DNA of 64,000 nucleotides from the human T2T-CHM13v2.0 reference genome, Homo sapiens. Both the position numbers and the translations under genes were made by a program. Of the stretch, positions 21,678 to 41,828 are shown one piece after another. The stretch lies in the NCBI RefSeq assembly GCF_009914755.1, contig NC_060931.1. The stretch is one strand, 5' to 3'. How positions within the stretch are numbered: position 1 is the stretch's first letter; every line of letters starts with the position of its first letter. Under the pieces are notes generated by a model. That model searched no databases, had not been told where the DNA came from, and saw only the letters and a program-made list of their open reading frames with translations.

Positions 21678-21977
21678 GGCTGGGCATGGTGGCTCACGCC
21701 TATCATCCCAGCACTCTGGGAGACTGAGGTGGGAGGATCACTTGAGCCCAAGAGTTTGAGACCAGCCTGGGCAACATAGTGAGACCCCACCTCTACCAAA
21801 AAATACAAAAATTATCTGGGCATGGTGTTGTGCCTTTAGTTCCATTTACTTGGGAGGCTGAGTTGGAAGGTTCGCTTGAGCCTGGAAGTTCCAGCCTGTA
21901 GTAAGCTATGATTGCATCACTGTACTCCAGCCTGAGTGACAAAACGAGAGCCCATCTCTAAAAATAATAATAATAAT
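21678..21977 (+). mobile_element. AluJ
   Basis: Dimer. Confidence 0.9.
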
Positions 21978-22052
21978 TTTTAAAAGGAGGGGAGGAGGAT
22001 ACCAGCAGTTCAAGACACAAGTCTGCATGGCAAATGTGGGTGGGATGGATAC

Positions 22053-22530
<478 letters not shown>

Positions 22531-23684
22531 TGGGATGGATACTTTGTTTACATACTGTTCTGGACTATTTCACAATGATTTCCTGAGTGTTATCTTGTTT
22601 GCCCTTTCCTGAAGTCACTGGGGCAGCTTTTATTGTGCTCATTGCATGGATGAGGAAGCAGTCCCAGGAACACGCAGATTCAGGCCCTGGACCTGGTCCT
22701 TTAGGCTCAAATTCCAGTGCTTTTTGCTTGAGACCACGGCGGTCTTCAAAGCCCCTTTCTGGTGCCAGCTTTGTAATCAAGCAGCAAAGGTGAGGGCTAG
22801 TCAGGTGAAGGCAGGCGTTCCTGGGGGGTTCAGCCTTTCCCAGCCTCACAAGCCCCCGTTGTATTTACCATAGCAGATTGATTTTTCCCTTTTTGAACAA
22901 TAATTCCTCATGAAAGACTCACAGAACTGGGGCCAGGTAGAGCCCGGTTGAGTAAACCTGAGAATCACCCAGCTGTCTTGACCATCATATTTAGACAAAT
23001 ATTGCATCCCCTGATTGAATTTGAAAGGGACAACTTAAGCATCCTGAAAACAGAGTCTGTCTGCTGTACCTTTAAGAATGTAAAATTTTCTATTTCCTGT
23101 CTTTTTGATGAGTCATCAGTTTCCAGTACGAGTTGCTGTAATTACCCTGGTTGGATTAATTTCCCTAAAAATAGAGAAGCAGCCACTTTTATGGTTTTCA
23201 GAGTATGGACTTGAATAAAGAACCTCCTGTCCTTTAAACCTTAGAGAGCACTAAATCAGACTTGCAGGGAAAAACCGATGGCCTTTTTTTTTTTTCTTCC
23301 TGTGTCTTATCTCCAAAAGGGGCTTGTGGATTTTGTAGAATTCTTGGGATTTTTCATCTCTGTACAAGTATTTTGCTCCACACCTAAAAATTGATGCCTG
23401 GGTGAGCCCTGAAGGATTTTCCTTGTCTTTTGTAGTAACACCAGCTGTCTTGGCCCCCTCTGAATAGTACAACCATGACCTGGTGTCTCCCCAGGTTGGG
23501 GGCTAGACAAAAACAAGGGGGTGGCTTCATAGTTCCAAGTCCAGGTAGAAATTCCTCTGAGCGCTGACGATTCTTTGCCAGTTCTGTGGCCCCCAGACAT
23601 GGCTAGGAAATGTAATTGACATGTAATAGACATGTCTATTGCAAAGCATCAGTGAGAATTGCCAAACTTTACTCCTCTCCTTCA

Positions 23685-24850
<1,166 letters not shown>

Positions 24851-25194
24851 AATAAAGCAATCATATTCATCCAGCATCCTTTGAGAGGGTAGAGAAAATC
24901 ATTATTCACAGACTGTCACCTGGGTTTGGCGTGCATTCCTACAGATTTTACCTATTTAAGAGATCCTTAAAGTTTTTCTGATTCACTGTTAAGGTAAGCC
25001 TAGGGATCTTGCAGTGTATATGTGAAGGAAATGGGTAACGGACTGTTGAGTGAATACAGTGTATAGATTGTAGCACATATGGTGATCTGTGAAACGGGGG
25101 TGTCATGACACACCCCTTCCTGCATCCCAAAATTGTGGGGGTCAGGGTGGATAACGGGCATTTCTGCAGCCTGCACAGCAGTGCCGAATGCAGG

Positions 25195-25969
<775 letters not shown>

Positions 25970-26529
25970 CCATTTTTTAAGTGTTGACTGAAAACTACCT
26001 CAAAAGACCGGCTTTATCCCACACTCTGTACACCACAGGCTTAGCACGTCGTGGCTCTCCAGGAACTCTTGAGCCTTCCCCATGATGATGAGTGGGTCAG
26101 GGTTACCGCAGAGCTGAACGGCCTCTGTAGCGTTCAGCCTGCAGCCTGCCCAATGAGGACGTTTGCGCTCTGGAAAGGTAAACTCAGGATGCTGTTGGCT
26201 CCTAAGCAGAAAGCAGGCGCCACCCAGCCTTCAAGTGCTTCAACAGTGAAGAGTTAGGACGGAGGCCCAGCCTGGAACATTCACGCCACCTTCTGCCCCC
26301 AGTAAAATTCCTTAAAGCTATGAGGTTCTGACTCACCACGGGGAGTCCCTGGCCGCCGCTGGGAGGGCCTTGGCCATGCAAATCTCAGTGACATAGCACG
26401 TCTTATTTGCTTCAGAAGTGGCAGAGGAGAAAGTGACTTGCCTCACGCTGCCCGGTTCCACCCAGGGACCTTGTGAAGAGACGCGGGAAGGCTGGCAGAA
26501 AGGAGAACCGTCCTTCCTGTGGAATACTC

Positions 26530-27343
<814 letters not shown>

Positions 27344-27391
27344 TGATCATTGTTAACATTTTGGCCTATTTCCATAGTCTTTTTTTCTATA

Positions 27392-27568
27392 CAGATTGTT
27401 CCTTACAATGGCATTATGTCCCCTAAACCCATCGTAACTTGTAAATACCTTAAGTCTAAAATGTGTTTAGCACACCTAACCTAAATGTCATAGCTTAGCC
27501 TCGCCTATTTTAAGCGTGCTCAGAACACCCACGTTAATTAGTCTACAGTTAGGCAAAATCATCTAACA
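27392..27568. mobile_element. Tigger4 (Zombi)-like DNA transposon fragment
   Basis: aaacccatcgtaa...catagcttagcct...gtgctcagaacac...ggcaaaatcatctaaca. Confidence 0.75.
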
Positions 27569-28074
27569 CAGCTGTCCCCAACCTTGTTGGCAACAGGGAC
27601 CAGTTTTGTGAAAGATAATTTTTCCATGGACCAGTGCAGTGGGGGGCGCGGTTCAGGATGATTCAAGCACGTTCTATTTATTGTGCACTTTATTATTATG
27701 ACATTGTAATATATAATGAAATAATTCTACAACTCACCATCATGTAGAATCAGTGGGAGCCCTGAGCTTGTTTTTCTGCAACTACACAGTCCCATCTGGG
27801 GGTGATGGGAGACAGTGACAGATCATCAGGCATTAGATTCTCATAAGGAGTGTGCAGCCTAGATCCCTCGCATGCGCAGTTCACAGTAGGGTTTGCACTC
27901 CTATGAGAATCTAATGCTGCTGCTCATCTGACGGGAGGCAGAGCTCAAGCAGTCATGAGAGCAATGGGGAGCAGCTGTAAATACAGACGAAGCTTCCCTC
28001 CTGCAGCGCATCTCCTGCTGTGCGGCCCAGTTCCTAGCAGGCCACAGATGTGGCCAAGGGACTGGGGACCCCTG
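27569..28074. mobile_element. MER1A (hAT-Charlie) DNA transposon
   Basis: Termini cag..gtccccaacc / ggggacccctg; internal inverted repeat gcattagattctcata...tatgagaatctaatgc; about 500 bp. Confidence 0.88.
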
Positions 28075-28087
28075 ATCTATATAGTGC

Positions 28088-28396
28088 TTTCTTTTTTCTT
28101 TTTTTTCTTTTTACGAGATAGGGTCTCACCCTGTCACCCAGCCTGCAGGGCAGTTGCACTATCATAGCTCACTGCAGCCTCCAACTCCTGGGCTTGAGCG
28201 ATCCTCCCACCTCAGCCTCCCGAGTAGCTAGGACTGCAGGTGTGCACCCCACACCAGGCCAGTTTTGTATTTTTTGTAGAGACAGGGTCTTGCCGTGTTG
28301 CCCAGGCTGGTTTTGAACTCCTGGGCTCAAACAATCCTCCCACCTTGGCCTCCCAAAGTGCTGAGTGGGATTATAGGCATGAGCTGCTTCGCCCAA
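28088..28396 (-). mobile_element. AluJ
   Basis: Antisense dimer. Confidence 0.9.
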
Positions 28397-28569
28397 ACTC
28401 GTCTGTTTTTTACCAGTGGCATAGACTGATAACATGATTTTGATTTCTAGGGTTTGTTTTTTGTTTTTGTTTTTTTTTTTACCTGACATGTTGTAAATAT
28501 TTCTTGCTTATCATTAAATATTCTTCAGAAACACAGTGCATACTGCATAACATTCCATCACGTAGGTGA

Positions 28570-29040
<471 letters not shown>

Positions 29041-29557
29041 TGAGGTAGCCTCCCAAGGCCATCATCAGACAAGAGCGTTTGGAAGCCCAGAATTCTCCAA
29101 GGGCTCATGGCAGTACTGGCACGGGGCCTCTGTTCCTAGACTGCTGCTCCATGACGTTTGTAGATGCCTCTAGTGAAAAGTCAGGGACAGTGGATGATAT
29201 GCACGGCTCAGAGACCCTGACTCTGGTCCCATCTGTCCCCAGGTGTGACCCCACAAAGCCCCTCCCTCGGCCGCAGCACCGGATTGGGCCGGGTGCCAGG
29301 CAGGACGGAGGAGCTGGCCCTTTTGTCAGCCTCTTGCACTTTCTTGCCCAGTTCTACTTCCCAGAGACCTGGATCTCGGATGCTGTCCCCCAGCAGGGCC
29401 TGTTTGTGGAGTGGCCTTCAGGCAGGGCTGCATCCAGGGCACCGGGCACAGCATGAGTCACGGTGGGAAGAACCTGGGTCGCAACATCGTAAAGACCTGG
29501 GTTTAATTCCCAACTCCATGAATTATGTAACCTCAAGCAGGGCAGGAGGTTTCCTTA

Positions 29558-29890
<333 letters not shown>

Positions 29891-30275
29891 TTAGTGCCTG
29901 GTACAGGACCTCTATAAAGGGTGGCTGACATTGCTGCTCCTGCTGCCTGCAAGGCACCTGGCATCACCTGGCACATTTTAAAAAGGTCTGCTTACCTCCC
30001 CCTGCTCAAGGTCTCTTCCCACTCTTAAGAATTATGTCGCTTTCCATGATGAGTTTGTAAAAATCATTATCCGCACTGCAAGACCTACTCATCCATATTA
30101 GCGTGCCACAGCTGGGGCACCCAGGTGTAAAGCTTTGTTTCCCATCATCTTCCTCAGGGACCCTAAATTTTAAAATCTGCATCAGTCACCATTGAGGTGC
30201 CACTAAATGTGGTGGCCAAAAGTTCCAAGTTCAAACCATTGCACAGCTGCAAATGCCTTCATAGATGGGTCTCTA

Positions 30276-30780
<505 letters not shown>

Positions 30781-31203
30781 TTAAAAGAGGTGCCAAACAG
30801 CCAGGCACCCAGCAAGGATGCCCAGGGCTCTTGTTCGGGGATTTCGTTAAAAAACTTTTTGGAACCCACCTCAAAGAATGAAAAGTTTCCTATAGGAAGG
30901 CAGGAGCGAGCGAGATAATTGAACTCATTGATTTCCTTCACGGCTTGTTTGCCCTTTCATTCTCTTCCCGAGGTGCTATTTGTTGAGGAATGTCTCCAAT
31001 TGCCAGAAAGACAGTGGGGTGTCTCATATTTCCTCGCCACCTCTCCTTTCAGCCAGTGCTGAGTTCTAAGGCAAGCCTGCAATATGAATTTTTAATGCCG
31101 AGCTTTATGGCATCACTCCCGCACAGCCCGACTGCATCACTCTCCTGAGCCTTCAGATTTAATGCTCCAATGAACAGAGCAAAGACTGGGGCATTCAACA
31201 TCA

Positions 31204-31650
<447 letters not shown>

Positions 31651-31756
31651 TTATGGAATAGCCTATATTTTGACCTTTTTGCTTCTTCTAAGTTGGACGA
31701 TGTGTGCTTCGAAGCATTTCTGTGATCTTCCCACCCTTAAAAAAAAAATCTCTGCA

Positions 31757-32015
31757 GGCTGGGAGTGGTGGCTCACGCCTGTAATCCCAGCACTTTGGGA
31801 GACTGTGGTGGGCAGATTGCCTGAGGTCAGGAGTTCAAGACCGGCCTGGCCAACATGATGAAACCCTGTCTCTACTGAAAATACGAAAATTAGCCGGGCG
31901 TGGTGGTACACGCCTGTAGTCCCAGCTACTCAGAAAGCTGAGTCAGCGAGATCATGCCACTGCATTTCAGCCTGGTCAACAGAGTGAGACTCCATCTCAA
32001 AAAAAAAAAAAAAAA
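31757..32015 (+). mobile_element. AluS with a right-arm deletion
   Basis: Dimer lacking the gaggttgcagtgag block. Confidence 0.88.
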
Positions 32016-32261
32016 ACTCTCCAGTTTGTAGGATTTAATGAATATATAGATGACCGGCTGTTCTGCGGTTTCCGTGGAAAGCCCAAATGTAATTAGAAAT
32101 CCAATTTCCGATCGATTTTTCCAATGGAAAAAGGACCAGTTGTGTTAAGTGGCTAATTCTTTTTTTATGCAGATGGTTGATTGTCATTTTCTTATAGTAG
32201 CTTTCTGAATTTTTGCAGACGTCAAAACTAAGAAAAAGTTGTATATAAAAATTGCTCAATT

Positions 32262-32398
32262 GGCCAGGTGCAGTGGCTCACGCCTCTAATCCTAACATTT
32301 TGGGAGGCCGAGGCAGGAGGGTCGTTTGAGGCCAGGAATTCAAGACCAGCCTGGGCAAAACAGCAAGACATAATTTCTGTTTAAAAAAAAAAAAAAAA
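32262..32398 (+). mobile_element. Alu left monomer (FLAM-like)
   Basis: Single arm + A tail. Confidence 0.85.
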
Positions 32399-32535
32399 GT
32401 TTGAACATAAAAACTGCTCAAATTTAAGTACATTAAAGAAGGACAGAGTCTTTAGTAAATGGTAGAATAACAAGCCAACTATGTAGAAGCCAGTAGAATC
32501 AGAGCTGAGCCCCATGCAAAATAAAATCTATTTAG

Positions 32536-32859
<324 letters not shown>

Positions 32860-33017
32860 TTTAGATGTTTAAAACATTTAAATGTGACCAGAAAGAAATC
32901 CATAAAAACACTAGGAGCAATTTTAGGTGTATATTTATATAATAAGGGGGTGGAAAAACTTTTTTTTAAGCATGATGCCAAAAGTAGAAATCACAAAGGG
33001 AAGAAATTCAGAGCTTT

Positions 33018-33148
33018 GTGGAGATGGATGGGCGGGTGGATAGATGGATGGGCGGGTGGATAGATGGATGGGCGGGTGGATAGATGGATGGGCGGGTGGA
33101 TAGATGGATGGATGGACAGACGGATGGGCAGATGGATTTAGACAGACT
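33018..33148. repeat. 20-bp tandem repeat (tagatggatgggcgggtgga, about 4.5 copies) decaying into (GGAT)n
   Basis: Exact units at 33041, 33061, 33081. Confidence 0.9.
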
Positions 33149-33164
33149 GGCAAAAATATTTGCA

Positions 33165-33232
33165 ATATATATGAGAGAGAGAGTGTGTGTGTGTGTGTGC
33201 GCGCGCGCGCGCGCACGCACGCACACACGCAT
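33165..33232. repeat. Compound microsatellite (TA)n(GA)n(GT)8(GC)8(CACG/CA)n
   Basis: Read directly. Confidence 0.92.
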
Positions 33233-33289
33233 CTTTACAGAACAATAAGAAAAAGTTTCATTTCCCAATAGTAAAACCTCTATATTTTC

Positions 33290-34260
<971 letters not shown>

Positions 34261-34332
34261 GAGGGCTCTGGTCTCCCTCATTCTAGGGGCTCTTCATGTG
34301 GGGTCTATAGAGAGAACCTGGGGGCTTCATGA

Positions 34333-34664
<332 letters not shown>

Positions 34665-34940
34665 AGAAAATACATCTTTATTTCCATCAGTGTCTAACTG
34701 CAATGTAGCATTTCCTTCCATTGTAAATGAAGCCCCCACACCGGGGTAATTGCAGACTGTGACCTCGTTGCGAGTGGAAATCACAGAGGCTTTCACATCT
34801 CATTCCCGTTGTTACGGAGGTCACAAACGCTGTTTGGATTCATCACTACTTCAAAATGTCAGTGGTTCTTAGATTTGTTATTTAGTGCAACAGTAAAGAA
34901 CAGTTGTTCCTGTATCACAAATCTGGTTTTAAAAAAAGAT

Positions 34941-35247
<307 letters not shown>

Positions 35248-35490
35248 TGCAATAACTGCACTTCAAAATAATTGTTTTCCTTGGTCCTTAAAACATGATT
35301 AGACTTCTGTCCAATAATGGCCTTGTGGACTTACGTCTTTAAAACATTCCAAATAGATGCCTGTATTCTTGACAAGACTTCCAGAGGGGACCGTGGCAAA
35401 GGAAGGGTTAAGCATCTGCGTCAGACTGACAGTGTCTTGACCGGATCCTCCTCCGTCTTTCCCCCACCGCTTTGCACAGTGCCACATGAC

Positions 35491-35785
35491 TTTTTATTTG
35501 TTTTGAGACAGGATCCAGCTCTGTTGCCCAGACTGGAATGCAGTGGCGCAATCACGACTCACTGCAGCCCTGACCTCCTGGGCTCAAGTGATCCTCCCAC
35601 CTCAGCCTCCTGAGTAGCTGGGACTATAGGCAAGTGCCACCACACCCAGCTAATTCTTTTTATTTTTAGAGATGGGGTCTCACTGTGTTACCCAGGCTGG
35701 TCTCAAACTCCTGGGCTCAAGCGATCCTCCCACCTCTCCCTCCCGAAGTTCTGGGATTACAGACAGGAGTCACAGCGCCAGGTCC
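35491..35785 (-). mobile_element. AluJ
   Basis: Antisense dimer. Confidence 0.9.
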
Positions 35786-35972
35786 CTATTTATTTTACTC
35801 TTTGTGTGTTTCCTTATATCCTGTAAAAATGGGTACAGTGGAAACTGGGCAGTAATTCTACACGTATTCTGGATTTTAGCTACTCACATTTATGGTTACT
35901 TTTACCTATCAATTAATTGCTTTTCTTTTCACTCGAGTTTTAGTGATTTTCACTGTCCAAAAGAATCGTGTA

Positions 35973-36444
35973 TAGTTGACCCTTGAACAACACAGGGGTT
36001 AGAGGCACTGACCCCCGACACAGTGAAAAATCCAAGTACAACTTTTGACTCCTCAAAAGCTTTACTGACAGCCTGCTAGTGACCGGAAGCCTTACCAGTT
36101 ACATGAAGTGCCGATTAAGATGTTTTGTAAGTTACATATGTTATATACAATATTCTTCCAATAAAGTAAGGCAGAGAAAAGAAAATGTTAAGAAATCCTA
36201 AGGAAGAGAAAACACACTTTCCGTTCATTAAGTGGAAGTGGATCATCAAAAAGGTCTTCATCCCTGTTGTCTTCACATCAAGTAGGCCAAGGAAGAGGAG
36301 GGTTGGTCTCGCTGTCTCGGGTGACAGCGGAGGAGGACGTGGAGGAGGTGGGAGGGGGGCCAGACACACTCAGTGTAATTTTACTGAAAAATATTCAAGT
36401 TGAAGTGGAACCATATTGTTCAGACCCATATTTGAGGGTCAACT

Positions 36445-36446
<2 letters not shown>
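35973..36446. mobile_element. Tigger2a-like DNA transposon
   Basis: TIRs agttgacccttgaacaac / ttgagggtcaact; internal aagtggaagtggatcatc. Confidence 0.8.
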
Positions 36447-36477
<31 letters not shown>

Positions 36478-36581
36478 ATGTACACACACACAAAAAATAA
36501 TATATATAAAAACATGAGTCCCAGCAATCTTATCCTTAATCATTTCTAATGTGGTTTCAGTGAGAGAAAATAGTCTTTTCA

Positions 36582-36877
36582 GGCCAGGCACGGTGGCTCA
36601 TGCCTGTAATTCCAGCACTTTGGGAGGCCAAGGCAGGCGGATCACTTGAGGTCACGAGTTCAAGACCAGCCTGGCCAAGATGGTGTAAACCCATCTCTAC
36701 TCTAAATACAAAAATTGTCCTGGTGTGGTGGCGCGTGCCTATAGTCCTAGCTACTTGGGAGGCTGAGGCAGGAGAATCCTTGAACCCGGGAGGTGGAGGT
36801 CACAGTGAGCTGAGATCACGCCACCACACACCAGCCTGGGAGACAGAGCAAGGCTCTGTCTCAAAAAAAAAAGAAAA
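36582..36877 (+). mobile_element. AluS
   Basis: Dimer. Confidence 0.9.
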
Positions 36878-37208
36878 TGGTTTTTTCTCCTCAATCCATT
36901 TTCTTATTTTTCAATGACCTATTATATCTTTAATGTGTCTGAAGTTTATTATATCATATAAAATAATATTTGTTTCTGTTTGTTATTCTTTAATACTCAG
37001 TTTGCCCAATAATATTGATGATTTCTTCCCCCAACATATAATATCTGACAAATCAGGTATAAATACATATAGCTCTGGATTTCTGTCTATAATTTCATTC
37101 TATCAGTCTAGTTTTTCACTCTAATAAGTGCCACACTCTTGATGACGTCTCCTTGTTTTCTATTTCAGTATTTGTATAGCCAGTTTACTATTGTTGTTTT
37201 TAGTTTAA

Positions 37209-37577
<369 letters not shown>

Positions 37578-38166
37578 ATTTTACCAACTTTTATAAATTA
37601 ACTTGGGAGAGAAATGTATGTTTCTTTGTATTTAATGCAGCTGCACATAAATGTATCATTCTCTTCCTTTGCTCCAAGCATTTTGTAATCCAATTTTTCT
37701 ACAGATGGAGTTTATGCTATGTTATTTTAATTCCCACGTGCTTCTGTGTTTACCTCTGTTGTAAATGAGACAGATCTTTTATTTCATTTTGTGGATGTTT
37801 ATTACTGGTGTAGGGGAGTTTGTTATTTTCTTGTGTTTACCAAGAAACATAGGGCTTTGCTGAACGCTTGATTGTCCCAGCCCATTTGCTCAAGTGAATC
37901 CCTGGGATTTGGGGAGCACGGGACTGCATTACCTACAAGTAGTGAACGTGCACCCTGTGTGACACTCAGAACTTCTGATCCTCTTCTTTCATTCCTGTGT
38001 TCAGAAGGAGCATTCTGTTATAGGTCTGGGAAGAATCGTGGAGGCTCTTGGTTTAAGCCTGTGTCCCTTTCCATGTTAATCAAATGCTCCAATGATTTCC
38101 CCTCTGTAAATTGAACTGTGACCTGGTTTTTAGATGCCATGGGATCAAAGCCCCGCAACTGTGTTA

Positions 38167-38604
<438 letters not shown>

Positions 38605-38792
38605 TCATTCCATTTTTATTTTACATATTTTATAGATTTTCTTGCTTATTTAAGACAAGTTGAAGCTTATGTTTCTATTTACTGTGCCATTTAGCATTTC
38701 TTATTTCTCCCTAACATTATTATGCTACATATAATATTGATTAGTCTGGCTTCAAACCTTACCTTAATTAGCCTTAAAAAAAAAATCTAGTT

Positions 38793-39083
38793 GGCCAAGC
38801 ACACTGGCTCACACCTGTAGCCTCAACACTTTGGGAGGCCAAGGCAGAAGGATCACTTGAACCCAGGAACTGGAGACCAGCCTGGGCAACGTAGTGAGAT
38901 CGTCTCACTAAAAAAAGTTAAAAATTAGCTGGGCATGGTGGTGCTCACTGTAGTCTTAGCTACTTTGGAGACTGAGGAGGGAGGATTGCTTGAGCCCAGG
39001 AGGTCAAGGCTGCAGTGAGCCAAAATCGTGCCACTGCACCCCAGCCTGGGCAACAAAGTGAGATCCCGTCTCCAAAAACAAAA
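38793..39083 (+). mobile_element. AluJ
   Basis: Dimer; TSD tctagtt. Confidence 0.9.
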
Positions 39084-39852
39084 AGTCTAGTTAATCATTG
39101 CCTTTTTACTCAAAATGTGTTTCTACCACCCTTTTTGGATTTTTAAAAAATATGTATTTTATTTTTATGGGTAAATTTGGCCTAATTACATTTTACTGAT
39201 ATAACTCTTAACTTAAATTTCTCTTTATTGTTGAATTGTTGATCCTTTTCTTTTTTCTAATTCACAGTATCTCTGTCCTAGGCTTTCTGATCTATTTAAG
39301 GAAGATTGAGTGAACAGCCTAATTGACCCTCTGAATGTCCCCTGAGCCTTCTAATCCGCCCTGCCTTGAGCCTCCTCTTGTAACTGAAATTCACTTTCTG
39401 ATGCAGAACCATTGAGCCCTTCTGAAACCTTTTCAAAACTATATATTTAAATTTTCTTATCAAACTGTACTGTTATTAGATTACATGTCTAGCATAGCAG
39501 CAAATTATACTTCATTATATTAACCTTGCCACTTCCCTCTACAATGAGACCCGATCTTTTATAAGATACTCTGGACCTACAAATTCCTGCTGGTGAATTC
39601 TTTAAAGTTATATGGATTTTCAACGATCGTCTACTCCCTTTACAAAGCAGCTGCTGTTTAGCAGGATTATCCATTAGTGGTAAGAATCCTTTATTCCCTA
39701 GCATATGGTAAATATTTTTTACCAACTTGAGGTATGCCACGTAGATCCCACGGGATTTACACACATAGACAAAGGCATTCTTCTCATCACATTGTTTTAA
39801 ACAATCCAGCTGCCATTTTAGCTTTCACTAAACTTAGAAATGTATCAGCTTG

Positions 39853-40165
<313 letters not shown>

Positions 40166-40401
40166 TCAACTCGACACCCAGGGTCCTTCTGTAAGTTAAA
40201 ACCTGGGAAGTGCCCTACCCTGGCATTTGAAAAGTGGCTGAATCCAATTTCCTGTCCAGAATTACAATGACATTGTATTGATACATTGATGATCAAAAGC
40301 ATAGCTAAGCTGTAAGGCTGGTTATTGGATATACATCTTCCAAGTGGAGAGATTATTACCACCTGAAACAGCTTTTGGCTTGTCCATTAAGACTCCTTTC
40401 C

Positions 40402-40858
40402 AGCCAGGCATGGTGGCCCACCCCTGTAATCCCAGCACTTTGAGAGGCCAAGCCGGGGGTACTGCCTGAGCACAGAAATTCGAGACAGGCTGGGCAACAT
40501 AGCAAGAACTCATCTCTACTAAAAATTAAAACCACTTTCCAAAATGAATTTTTTTTTTAAGACAGGATCTTGATCTGTCACCCAGGCTATAGTGCAATGG
40601 CACAGTCATAGCTCACTGCAGCCTCAAACTCCTGGGATCAAGCCATCCTCCTGCCTCACCCCCTTAAGTGGCTGGTTCTACAGGGGCACACCAGCACACC
40701 CAGCTATTTTTTTTTTTTTAATTTATTGTAGAGACGGGGTCTTGTTACATTGCCCAGGCTGGTCTCAAGCTCTTGGCCTCAAGCGATCCTCCAGCAGTCC
40801 TCCCACCTGAGCCTCCCAAAGTCCTGGAATGACAGGTCTAAGCCACTCTGCTCAGCCC
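40402..40858. mobile_element. Alu left monomer (+, 40402-40530) and AluJ (-, 40549-40858)
   Basis: Inverted pair. Confidence 0.85.
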
Positions 40859-41115
40859 AAAACAAATTCTATAACCAAACCAGAAAAGTTGTTTTTTGTT
40901 TAGCTTTTTACCTTAAAACTTTCATTACCCCTACTTCCAACAAAGTATTTGAGGTGGATTTAACACAAGACACAGCATCAATAAAGCTCTTAAGTGAAGT
41001 CTGAGATTTAAAGGAGCATAGCTCAGTGGGGAAGATGACTTCTAAGGCTTGGCTTTGAATAAAGCCCAACTCTTCAATAGCTTGGTGTGACTAAGACATG
41101 CTCTACCTATGTGGG

Positions 41116-41434
41116 TTTGTTTTTTTGTTTGTTTGTTTGTTTGTTTGTTTTTGGAGACAGAGTCTTGCTCTGTCACCCAGGGTGGAGTGCAATGGCACGA
41201 TCTCGGCTCACTGCAACCTCCACCTCCGGGTTCAAGCAATTCTCCTGCCTCAGCCTCCCAAGTAGCTGGAACTACAGGTGCACACCACCATGCCCAGCCA
41301 GTTTTTTGTATTTTAGTAGAGACGGGGTTTCACCATGTTTGCCAGGCTATTCTCAAACTCCTGAACTCAGGCAATCCACCTGCCTTAGCCTCCCAAAGTG
41401 CTAGGATTACAGGCATGAGCCACTGCACCCAGCC
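41116..41434 (-). mobile_element. AluS
   Basis: Antisense dimer. Confidence 0.9.
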
Positions 41435-41438
41435 TCTA

Positions 41439-41828
<390 letters not shown>

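Noticed and set aside
32935-33268. ORFs with HPSIHPP or ARAHTHT repeats
   Set aside because: Translations of simple repeats
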